Part shown: positions 27,567 through 36,822 of the stretch, in pieces | Layout of the letters: each line of letters starts with the position of its first letter | How positions within the stretch are numbered: position 1 is the first letter of the stretch | DNA from: a virus | Length of the DNA: 64,000 bases | Direction: 5' to 3' (one strand) | IMG/VR virus record: IMGVR_UViG_3300033518_000130 | Notes under the pieces: model-generated | Told to the model about the DNA's origin: nothing | What the model saw: the letters and a program-made list of their open reading frames with translations, nothing else | Database searches by the model: none | Position numbers and translations under genes: made by a program

Positions 27567-30500
27567 TGAATGATTTTAACGGATTAAGTAACAATACTAG
27601 ACGAGTAAAAACTCCTGAAGGATTTTGGGAATTTGCTAAAAATATTGTTCTTACAAGAGGATATACCTCTATTGCTAATGAAGAAGGTAACGAATTTATA
27701 GATAACGTACCGGGAATAGTAATGGGTAAAATAGAAACTAATAAAGAAACAGTTTTTCTTAGTAGAGATGGAGAGTTTAGTTGTATAGGATATATAGATA
27801 ATGAAATATCTAATAATTATATTTCTGTTTTAAGGACTATTAACCCTTATTTTAGAATTAATCTTAACTGTCCTATTGAAGGTGTATATGTTTATAATTA
27901 TAAAAAAGAACTTATAATAGTATGGTGTGATGGAATTAAAGATGATTCTAATACTCCTAAAATATTAAATATTAAAACTTTACCATTTGAAGTAGATATT
28001 AATAAAGAATTGATTAATCCTGATAATATAACTTTATTAGATTTATTTCCTATAAGAAAAGAAGGAATAATAACAACAGAATATAAATCTGGTTCTATAC
28101 AAGGAGATGTTATTTATATTACATATACTTATGTATTAAATGATAATACTGAATTAATATATTTTCCTATAAGTACTATAGCTTGGACTACAAGAGGTAT
28201 AGAGAATATAGAAAAAAGAGGTTTAAAAATAATAATTAATAATCTAGATATTAATTATAAAAAATTAAGAATAGGTATAGTAGCTAAATTTGAAAATGCT
28301 ATAAAAGCCTATACTACTAATATATTAGAATATACTGGAAATACTATAATTTATAGTCTTTCAGGCTTATCTAATTTATCTCTTATTAATATTGAAGAAT
28401 TAATAATAGATAAACAAATATTTAATAAAATAAAAACTATAACTAAACAAAATGACCAACTATTAATAGGTAATTTAGTTACTGATAAAATAGATTACTC
28501 TGAATGGCAAAAGTATTTTAATTTATTCCAATTAGTATTAGATATAGATGTTAATGAGGAAAATGAAACTAATTCTACTTTAATGCCTGATGAAGTTTAT
28601 AGTTTCTATTGTGAAGCACAATTATTAGATGGTAGTTACACACCTGCTTTTCATATCCCTGCTCCAAAATTTGCAACAGGTAGTGATTGGGATTCTCCTA
28701 TAGGAAGTGTTAGATTAAATCAATTAGGGTTAAATGATTTAGACCCTAATATAAAACGATATAAGATAGAAAATAATGGTAGAAGAACTCCTTTTATATG
28801 GGAATTTGGAACTTTTTACAATGAAGAAACTTACCCTTTTGATGATAAATATAATAGTAGCACTATAACAGGTAATAATATTAATGATTTAAGAGGTACT
28901 CCTATACGTTATCATAGACTTCCCGGACTAGATAAAATATGTGAATACTATTTAAGTACTATGGGGACTAAAGCTATGGCTAAGTTTAAAATAAAACTCG
29001 TACCTTATGCGTTATTACCTATAGATATTGATAGTAAAATACAATCTTTTAGATTATCTTTTGTTAAAAGAAAGAGAGGAGAATCATTAGTAGAATCTAA
29101 TGGTTTAGGAGTTAAAAATATAGAACATGGTTACGAATTTGAAGGAATAAGTTGGACTGTATTATATAATAATATAAGATTTAATACAAGAACACTTATA
29201 CCTGATACTAATTCAACTACGCATAGGCAAGATTATTGTAGAAGAGATGTATTATCAGATTATTCTACATTTTGTTTTTTTAATCCTGAAGTTAATAAAA
29301 ATAGTCCTCTACTTAATGTTAAAATAGCTAAAGCTAATTATATTAAATATTTAAATCCTGATAATAATTTACATTTGATTACTGATGATATAAGGTATTC
29401 AATAATATCAGAATATAATTATTATTTACCTAATAATATAGCAGGAAAAACTCGTTTTACTCAAAATGGATTAAGAATTAAAAGTTATAATGATAGTTAT
29501 AGAAAAACAGATAATAATGGAATACCTATAATAGGAGGTAAAATATGGCAATTAAGTAAACCTTTTGTACCTTTATCAGATAATTTTGCATATCATTTTA
29601 AATTTAATTCCTTTAATATAAATACTCAATCTTATGAAGATGTTATAAAATCAGATGATGATAGTAATTGTAGAAATATAGCCAATATAACACTATTAAA
29701 TATAATAGATAATTGCTATACAGGTTTTAATCCTACAGATTTAATTATTTATAATAAATATGAAAAAAATAATAATACTTTTAAATTAGGAGGAGATGTA
29801 TTTCCAAATAATAAATTGAAAGCAAGTTTAATTACTTATGTAGTTACTAAGGATACTAATAAAGTAGGGTGTTTATATTTAAATGTAGAATTTCAAGGCT
29901 TTTATTCTTCTTATAATAATAATATTTTAAAAGGTTCTATTTTTACATTTGGAGAAAATAATTTTCTTGGGCTACATAGTAATTCAGATTTAAACACTCT
30001 CAATACACAAGATTATGAAATAAAAACTACAACTTTTTCTGATAGTTCTCATTTAAACGATTTATCTACTGTTATTATAGTTGATAATTATAAAGATTTT
30101 ATTAATTATTTTCCTTATAGAATAAATAGAAGTTCTAAAATAGCTTCAGAACAATTACAATTAAGAAGTATAAGAACTTTTCTAGTAGATGATTATTATG
30201 AAATGCCTACAGATAAAGGAGAAATAGTAGCATTAAGAGGTACTAATAATTCTGTTTATATTCAACAAAAATATAGTTTATTTTTATCTAGTATTAAAGA
30301 TAAATTAAATACATCAGGTTCTGATACTTATTTAGGTACATCAGAACTATTTGATAGATTTCCTGATGAAATAGTTTATAATAGTAATAAAGGGTATATA
30401 GGCTGCAGTAGTCAATTTGCTTGTATTATATTTAAAGGAGGGTACGCTACAATAGATCAAATACAAGGTAAATTATTTATAGTAAATGGTAATTCTCCTC

Positions 30501-31426
30501 AAGAAATTAGTATGAAAAATACTAAACAATGGTTTATAGATAACACTGATACAGGTTTAGAGTTTTTTGAAAATGATAAATTTATGAATAAACAAAGAGT
30601 AGATAACCCTTTTACTAGTGTAGGTCATATAATAAGTTTTGATGAACAGTATAATAGACTTTTATTTACTAAAAAACATTACGAATTAATAAATAAAGAT
30701 TTATTAAGTAATCCTCAATATTCTTATAAAGATGGAATATATTACAATAATAATATACCTATAAATCTTTATAATAATCCAATGTTTATAGATAATAGCT
30801 ATACTATATCTTATGCCTTAGAAGGACAAGGAAGTTTTGTATGTTTACATGATTATTTACCTAATATTATGTATTATATTAATAAAGGACTTTATAGTAT
30901 AGTAAATAACTTAAATAACAACGCTGTTGTATATAAACATAATAGTAAAGTTGTTAATCCTAGTAATTTCTATGGAGTACAATATAAAAGTTATGTAGAT
31001 TTAATATTTAATCAAAGATTAGATTTAAGTAAAATTTATCAATCTTTTATGTGGATAACTGAAGTATTTAATAATGAAACAGGTGTTGTAGAGTATCATA
31101 ATACTATAGACGGAGTATATATTTATACAGATAATCAATGTAGCGGCTTTATAGATATAAAGAATGGTAAATATAAAGTAATTAGAAATACTGAATATAA
31201 ATGGCAGTTAAACGAATTTAGAGATTTAGTAAAAGATTATAATTTACCTTTTATAGATGAAAAAGGAAATTTTTTAGAAGATAATATAAATTATAATAAA
31301 GTATTTTTTAACAAGTCAAATTTTTTAAGTAATTTTATAATTATAAGAATGATTATAAATAACGAAGAAAATAAAACAGTATATATACATAATGTAAACG
31401 TTAAAAGTGAAATAACCAAAAGATAA
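27566..31426 (+). CDS. large tail (hub/muzzle-type) structural protein
   Basis: 1286 aa and beta-rich in composition. It lies between small tail genes and ejection-type proteins. Assigned by size and synteny only. Confidence 0.4.
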   Translation: MNDFNGLSNNTRRVKTPEGFWEFAKNIVLTRGYTSIANEEGNEFIDNVPGIVMGKIETNKETVFLSRDGEFSCIGYIDNEISNNYISVLRTINPYFRINLNCPIEGVYVYNYKKELIIVWCDGIKDDSNTPKILNIKTLPFEVDINKELINPDNITLLDLFPIRKEGIITTEYKSGSIQGDVIYITYTYVLNDNTELIYFPISTIAWTTRGIENIEKRGLKIIINNLDINYKKLRIGIVAKFENAIKAYTTNILEYTGNTIIYSLSGLSNLSLINIEELIIDKQIFNKIKTITKQNDQLLIGNLVTDKIDYSEWQKYFNLFQLVLDIDVNEENETNSTLMPDEVYSFYCEAQLLDGSYTPAFHIPAPKFATGSDWDSPIGSVRLNQLGLNDLDPNIKRYKIENNGRRTPFIWEFGTFYNEETYPFDDKYNSSTITGNNINDLRGTPIRYHRLPGLDKICEYYLSTMGTKAMAKFKIKLVPYALLPIDIDSKIQSFRLSFVKRKRGESLVESNGLGVKNIEHGYEFEGISWTVLYNNIRFNTRTLIPDTNSTTHRQDYCRRDVLSDYSTFCFFNPEVNKNSPLLNVKIAKANYIKYLNPDNNLHLITDDIRYSIISEYNYYLPNNIAGKTRFTQNGLRIKSYNDSYRKTDNNGIPIIGGKIWQLSKPFVPLSDNFAYHFKFNSFNINTQSYEDVIKSDDDSNCRNIANITLLNIIDNCYTGFNPTDLIIYNKYEKNNNTFKLGGDVFPNNKLKASLITYVVTKDTNKVGCLYLNVEFQGFYSSYNNNILKGSIFTFGENNFLGLHSNSDLNTLNTQDYEIKTTTFSDSSHLNDLSTVIIVDNYKDFINYFPYRINRSSKIASEQLQLRSIRTFLVDDYYEMPTDKGEIVALRGTNNSVYIQQKYSLFLSSIKDKLNTSGSDTYLGTSELFDRFPDEIVYNSNKGYIGCSSQFACIIFKGGYATIDQIQGKLFIVNGNSPQEISMKNTKQWFIDNTDTGLEFFENDKFMNKQRVDNPFTSVGHIISFDEQYNRLLFTKKHYELINKDLLSNPQYSYKDGIYYNNNIPINLYNNPMFIDNSYTISYALEGQGSFVCLHDYLPNIMYYINKGLYSIVNNLNNNAVVYKHNSKVVNPSNFYGVQYKSYVDLIFNQRLDLSKIYQSFMWITEVFNNETGVVEYHNTIDGVYIYTDNQCSGFIDIKNGKYKVIRNTEYKWQLNEFRDLVKDYNLPFIDEKGNFLEDNINYNKVFFNKSNFLSNFIIIRMIINNEENKTVYIHNVNVKSEITKR

Positions 31427-31437
31427 AATTAAATAAA

Positions 31438-33429
31438 ATGATAACAAAATATAAATTAAATAATAAAAGACTTCCTAAAGCTATTTCAGGAAGTCTTATA
31501 GCAAGTGCAGCAGGAACAGGATTAGGTATTGTTACTTCGTTTATTAACAATGCTAAACAAAAGAAAGAACAAGCTCGTATGGAAAGAGAACAAAGAGCTA
31601 GTTTATTTAATTCTCAATTAGCAGAAGATAACCAATTACTAGAAAACTTTAATAGTAAAGGAAATATAATCGAGGAATACCTAGAAGGAGGAAATCTTCC
31701 TCTCGGCTCACAACCTAATCTTCAAGCAATTCAAGGAGGAACATTAATACCTACAGGAGAAAATACTCAACAAGCAGTAGGTAATACTCATTCTACTAAT
31801 AATATCGATGGTAATTATGGGATAGATATTGCTAAGAATGGACAACCTATTGCTAATGTAGAAAACGGAGAAATAATAAAAGATGAAGAAAAAGTATATT
31901 CTAATCAATTAAAATATGATATTAATAATACTTTTTCTGATAAAATGAGAAAACTAACTAATCAAGAAAATAAATTAAATATTAAATTAGAAAATACTTC
32001 TGATGGAAGAAGTAAAAATAGTATCGAAAGACAATTATCTATAATAGATATGGCTAAAGATAATTTATTTAAATTACAAGAAAAGGCTAAAGAACAAATA
32101 GGTAATGAAAAATTAGCTAATCCTGATAAAATGAATTTTGATACTGGTAATGCGGTAGAGAATATATTACAAGGAGATAATAATTTATTTAATCCTATGT
32201 TAAAAGCTATACCTAATCCTGAAGAGGAAATGGTAGAAGAACAAGAAATGATAGAAGAGAATATGGGTATGCCGAAAGAAGGTATGGCTATGGGAGGTGT
32301 GTTAAAGAAATATGTAGTAGGAGGTAATTTCGACCCTTTACCACTTAATCCTAAATATAGAAAAAATAGATTTACTTATAGTAATTCTCTATTAAGAAAC
32401 GATTTAGGTTTAGTAGATAATCAAAACAGTTATAGAAAATATAATCAATATAATCCTAATAATCCTACTTATCCTATTCCAAATAATACTTCTAATAATT
32501 ATATTAATAAAGATTCTGTTAATACCAATCCTATTTCTTATACTCCTTATGATATAAGTAAATATTTAAATAATACTGGAAATAATACTACTATTCCTTA
32601 TAACACTAATAACTCTAATAATACAGGTTCTATAGGAGGTAATGATGGATTAGATAAATTACCTGTTGCTCCAGATATTTCTACTGGAACAGAAACAGGT
32701 AATAATTTTGAATCTGTTACCAATACCAGTGATAAACTTAGTGCAGGTAAATTTAATAGTGAAGGTATAACCTCTTCTCTTATTCAAGCCGCACCTGCTA
32801 TAGCTAATATGTTTATGCGTACTCCTAAAGTACCTGTTCCATTATTAAATAGAACAGAGAAAATGAAAACTACTATTAATGTTAATCCTCAATTAAGTGC
32901 TATTAATAATAGTACTAAATCAATAGTAGATAGTGTATTAAATAACACTTCTAATAGTAATAGTGCAAGAGCAGCTATAACTAGAGCTAGATTAGAAGGC
33001 ACTAAACAATCTAATGATATATTAGCTAATAAAGAAAATCAAGAAACTCAATTAGAGAATCAACAAGCGTTAAATAGACAAACTACTTTACAAGGTAATA
33101 ATAATATTCTTAATAAATATGCTACAGATAATTTTATAACTCAAGGAGATAAAAGAAGTTTTTTATCTAATAACTTAGCTAGTATAAGTACTGCTGCACA
33201 AAATTACTATACAGGAAAAGAATTAAATAAAGCAAGTAATGATGTTATTGAAAACGTATTAAGTAATGACCCTACAGGAGAAAAATCTAGTGCTTATTTA
33301 AAAACTGAATATGGTAATATATTAAAGAATCCTAAATTAAGACAAAGAATGTTATTAAATGCTAATATGTTATTACAAAAAGACCCTAATAATTCTCACG
33401 CTAAAGAAATTGTAACTAGATTAAATTAA
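31438..33429 (+). CDS. virion protein with N-terminal TM segment and N/Q/S/T-rich low-complexity region
   Basis: 663 aa. Hydrophobic segment GSLIASAAGTGLGIVTSFI near the N-terminus and an Asn-rich central region. Confidence 0.45.
   Translation: MITKYKLNNKRLPKAISGSLIASAAGTGLGIVTSFINNAKQKKEQARMEREQRASLFNSQLAEDNQLLENFNSKGNIIEEYLEGGNLPLGSQPNLQAIQGGTLIPTGENTQQAVGNTHSTNNIDGNYGIDIAKNGQPIANVENGEIIKDEEKVYSNQLKYDINNTFSDKMRKLTNQENKLNIKLENTSDGRSKNSIERQLSIIDMAKDNLFKLQEKAKEQIGNEKLANPDKMNFDTGNAVENILQGDNNLFNPMLKAIPNPEEEMVEEQEMIEENMGMPKEGMAMGGVLKKYVVGGNFDPLPLNPKYRKNRFTYSNSLLRNDLGLVDNQNSYRKYNQYNPNNPTYPIPNNTSNNYINKDSVNTNPISYTPYDISKYLNNTGNNTTIPYNTNNSNNTGSIGGNDGLDKLPVAPDISTGTETGNNFESVTNTSDKLSAGKFNSEGITSSLIQAAPAIANMFMRTPKVPVPLLNRTEKMKTTINVNPQLSAINNSTKSIVDSVLNNTSNSNSARAAITRARLEGTKQSNDILANKENQETQLENQQALNRQTTLQGNNNILNKYATDNFITQGDKRSFLSNNLASISTAAQNYYTGKELNKASNDVIENVLSNDPTGEKSSAYLKTEYGNILKNPKLRQRMLLNANMLLQKDPNNSHAKEIVTRLN
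31694..31709 (+). repeat. CTYTCGGC-motif copy 9
   Basis: atcttcctctcggctc. Confidence 0.8.
32271..32287 (-). repeat. CTYTCGGC-motif copy 10 (variant CTTTTCGGC)
   Basis: Plus strand gccgaaagaaggtatgg, reverse complement ccataccttctttcggc. Confidence 0.65.
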
Positions 33430-33434
33430 TAAAG

Positions 33435-36266
33435 ATGGCACAATATACAGAAGACCAAGTACAAGCTTTACTTGAGAAACAAAAAGCTCAAGTAGATAAA
33501 TATAATAAAGATTATTATAAACCTGATTTAACTCCTTTACAAGCTATAGGTAATACTGTAGTTCAAAGTAGATTATTAGGCAATGAATACCAGAGTACAG
33601 CTGCTCCTGTTTATGTTCATAAACCTATTGCTCAAACAATAGGTTTAATGGAAGATGTAGAAAAAAGATATATTAAAAATAAAGAAGATGTTAATGTATT
33701 AAATAACACTATTAATAGATTAGAAGCTTCCGCTACTACAGATAAAGATAAAGAGATAGCTAGTAATTTAAGAGCGTCTTATAATAATTTTAATTCTCAA
33801 TTTAAAGACGGAAATGTTCATTTAGGAGATGCTACAGTAGATATAGGAGATTTTACTAATGATTTTCAAAATAAATTAGGAGCAGGAGCTTTAAAAGCTA
33901 AATCTGATGCTGATATGTTAGCACGACAAATATTAAGAGAAAAATTAGATAAAAAAACTCTTGATGAAGAAGATTATCAAAGACAAATTAGAAATCTTAA
34001 TGAGATTAATCCTTATAAAACTACTGAAGACGGTAGTATAGTTTATAATAATAAACCTCACGAAGATTTATTATTAAATACTGTTAATTATTACGATGTA
34101 GATAAAACATTAACTCCTTTCTTTAAAGATTTTAAAGCTACTGGGTATGTTGATAATCTTGACGGAACATTTACTATTACTAAAGAAGGTAGCGGTCTTA
34201 CTGGATACGAAATGGGTAAGATTGTTACAAAAGAAGAATTAGATGAAGCAGGTACTAAATTATTAGAAAATGATTCTAATTATACTGCTTTTAGAGATGA
34301 TAAAATTACAAGTAGAATATCAAGTATATATAACGTAACAAGTAAAAATCCTGATGGAAGTATAACAAATGAGGGGGCTGAATATTTATTAGGAGAATTA
34401 AAAGGAATGGTAAGTGAAGAAGATTATAAACAATTACAATCTTTAAGTCCTAAAGACCTTCAAAATCAAATTGAAACAGGTAATGTTTTAAATTCAGTTA
34501 AAAATAAATATACTAAAGACCAAATAGAGCCTTATTCATCTGCTTTTTCATACAAAGATAGAGAGATCAAAGTAATGAATGATCCAAAACAACAACAGAT
34601 ATGGGTAACAGAAGCTACAGAACAAGCAGCTCTTATAGCTAATGAAAAACTAATATCAAGTGGAAACTTAAACAAAAATACTGATATACAAAATTTTTCT
34701 TATACTACAGATCCTTATAATACAAGTACTATTATTAGAGATGTAGAAAGTACTATACAACTTAATGTAGCAGATATAGGAAATTTAGATAAAGAAAAAA
34801 ATAAACATGAAGTGAGTTTTAATTCAATTTCTAAAACGTATAATATTAAAAGAAGAGAGTTAGAACAAATGAAAACTAAATTAGGAGATAATTATTCTAA
34901 GGATAAAACATATCAAAATTTAGCTAGTAGTTTAGAAAAAGACGAAATAGCTTTAAGTTTAACAGAAGCTAAATATAGAGCAGTTAAAAAACAAGCAGAA
35001 GATATACGAGAAAATGTTGTAGAAGCAGCTAGACAATCCCCTAAGTATTCAGAAACTTATAATAAGATAATGGATAAATTAAAAGCTAATAATATAGAGG
35101 AAGGGATAATAAAAAGATTAGCAGGTTCAATAATGGCAGCTAAAGTAGAAACTGATATATATAGTTATAAAAATCCTAATTTTATTAATAATAGTAAAGA
35201 AAAAAATCAACAAATTATAAATAAAATAGGAAAAGATTTAAATATTGATCTTACTGAAGTAGTAGAAAGTACTAGAGGAGGAAAAAGTAAAAGACCTTCA
35301 GCTTTAGCTAATACTATTCATAGTGTATTAATAGACGATTCTATCCTAACTGATGATATTTTATCTAAAGCAAAATATAGAGAATTGACAACAAGAACAT
35401 TATCCGTTTCTAAACCTGATGCAAAAGATTTAGCTTCAAAAGAATATATAAACTTTATGAATACTTTACTACCTACAGCTTCAGGTATGAGTTCTATGGA
35501 TATAAGAACTGGAAAAGTTATAAATTCAGTAGAATTAGTAAAACTTAAAGCTAAAGAATTAGGTTATGAACCTAAAGAAATTAATGCTACTCCTATAAAA
35601 ATAGAAACTGTAACAGATCCTAATAATATTTTTTATACAAGTGATAAAAAAGGATTTGTACAATATAGAGTAACTTATCAAGTAGAAGATACTAATACTA
35701 AGAAAAAAGAAAATATTACTGTTATATCTACTAATGCTTCTTCTAATAATGCTGAAAGTGATTCTTATGAATTAAAAAAACATATAAAAGGAATATTTAA
35801 ATCACGACCTAAAAGTATAATGGAAAATCCTGTTCAACGAGCATATTTTGGAGAATTTTATGCTAATTATAATTCTGAACTTTTAAAACAATTTAGTGAT
35901 GCTAATTATGTAGCTACTAATTTTAAAACTATAGGAAAAAATGCAATGCCTACTTTTATTAGTATTCCTAATACTAATATTGAATATGCTTTTCCTTTAG
36001 AATATACAGGAGGAGGAGATTTAAACGATAGCGATAAAGTTAATCCTTTAAAATACGATGTTCAACTAATTCAAAAAGATGGAAATAGTTATAAAATTAT
36101 GGTTAGTGATAATGGAGTAGAAAGATTAGAAGATAAATCAGTTTATGATGCAAATATAGGAAAAAAAGATAAATATTTTGCAGTAACTAAAGCATCTTTA
36201 GAAGATTGGAAATCAGAAATAGGAATAAATGCTTTAATAAATGAAATAGCACAAGAGGGAAAGTAG
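33435..36266 (+). CDS. virion protein (zero-frame product, 943 aa); probable N-terminal part of a frameshift fusion with an M15 peptidase
   Basis: Long ORF ending in ...EGK-TAG. The last codons form the slippery heptamer G_GGA_AAG. Confidence 0.6.
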   Translation: MAQYTEDQVQALLEKQKAQVDKYNKDYYKPDLTPLQAIGNTVVQSRLLGNEYQSTAAPVYVHKPIAQTIGLMEDVEKRYIKNKEDVNVLNNTINRLEASATTDKDKEIASNLRASYNNFNSQFKDGNVHLGDATVDIGDFTNDFQNKLGAGALKAKSDADMLARQILREKLDKKTLDEEDYQRQIRNLNEINPYKTTEDGSIVYNNKPHEDLLLNTVNYYDVDKTLTPFFKDFKATGYVDNLDGTFTITKEGSGLTGYEMGKIVTKEELDEAGTKLLENDSNYTAFRDDKITSRISSIYNVTSKNPDGSITNEGAEYLLGELKGMVSEEDYKQLQSLSPKDLQNQIETGNVLNSVKNKYTKDQIEPYSSAFSYKDREIKVMNDPKQQQIWVTEATEQAALIANEKLISSGNLNKNTDIQNFSYTTDPYNTSTIIRDVESTIQLNVADIGNLDKEKNKHEVSFNSISKTYNIKRRELEQMKTKLGDNYSKDKTYQNLASSLEKDEIALSLTEAKYRAVKKQAEDIRENVVEAARQSPKYSETYNKIMDKLKANNIEEGIIKRLAGSIMAAKVETDIYSYKNPNFINNSKEKNQQIINKIGKDLNIDLTEVVESTRGGKSKRPSALANTIHSVLIDDSILTDDILSKAKYRELTTRTLSVSKPDAKDLASKEYINFMNTLLPTASGMSSMDIRTGKVINSVELVKLKAKELGYEPKEINATPIKIETVTDPNNIFYTSDKKGFVQYRVTYQVEDTNTKKKENITVISTNASSNNAESDSYELKKHIKGIFKSRPKSIMENPVQRAYFGEFYANYNSELLKQFSDANYVATNFKTIGKNAMPTFISIPNTNIEYAFPLEYTGGGDLNDSDKVNPLKYDVQLIQKDGNSYKIMVSDNGVERLEDKSVYDANIGKKDKYFAVTKASLEDWKSEIGINALINEIAQEGK

Positions 36267-36811
36267 ATAGTAGTACTTCTGGAAGTACCAGCAATGGAGG
36301 AAGTACTAAAGGATTTATAAGAAATACTTATAATCCTAATAAATCAGAATTTGATATTGCTTTAGCAGAACAAAGTAATACTAAAAAGTATAAAGCTGAA
36401 AATAGAGCAAAAGAAGGAACTGCTGCTGTAGGACTAGTAGATTTAAAAGATTATGTAGATACTAAACATCTAACAGATTCTAAATTCAGAGCTAATCCTA
36501 TAGTAGCTAGTAGGTTTAAAACATTAGTACAAGATTACCCTGATTTACTTGTTACTAATGGGTTTAGATCTGATTCTGAACAAAGAGCAGTAAATCCTAA
36601 AGTAGATAGTTCAGAACATGAATACGGATTAGCTTTAGATGTTCGTTCTAAAGATAAGAGTGGGGAAGCAGGTATGTTATTAGCTAGTCAATTTAGCGAC
36701 CCTTTAAAAGCAAAAGATTTATTTAAGAAGTACGGAATAACTCGTATTTTAAAACATAAAGTAAAAGGAGGAGCTGTTCATTTTCATATCGAATTTAATC
36801 CTTATCAATAA
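36245..36811 (+). CDS. M15 (VanY/LAS-type) zinc D,D- or L,D-peptidase domain, open only in the -1 frame and lacking its own start codon
   Basis: The -1 frame is open from 36245 to the TAA at 36809-36811. It has no ATG/GTG/TTG before the catalytic motifs. Motifs present: TNGFRSDSEQ, SEHEYGLALD (SxHxxGxAxD) and AVHFHIE. Confidence 0.65.
   Translation, partial: NSTRGKVDSSTSGSTSNGGSTKGFIRNTYNPNKSEFDIALAEQSNTKKYKAENRAKEGTAAVGLVDLKDYVDTKHLTDSKFRANPIVASRFKTLVQDYPDLLVTNGFRSDSEQRAVNPKVDSSEHEYGLALDVRSKDKSGEAGMLLASQFSDPLKAKDLFKKYGITRILKHKVKGGAVHFHIEFNPYQ
36257..36288 (+). promoter_or_regulatory. -1 programmed ribosomal frameshift cassette (slippery heptamer + spacer + hairpin)
   Basis: g gga aag at 36257-36263 in the zero frame, the same heptamer as lambda G/GT. 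The zero-frame TAG follows immediately. After a 9-nt spacer comes the hairpin gtacttc-tg-gaagtac at 36273-36288. Confidence 0.6.
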
Positions 36812-36822
36812 ATATTATTATA

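Noticed and set aside
36264-36317. TAG read-through or stop-codon reassignment (known in some crAss-like phages) as the explanation for the ORF-less gap after 36266
   Set aside because: Reading through the TAG in the zero frame gives only 17 more codons (IVVLLEVPAMEEVLKDL) before a TAA, and it never reaches the peptidase frame. All three giant ORFs and the other long ORFs are uninterrupted under the standard code, so recoding is not needed.
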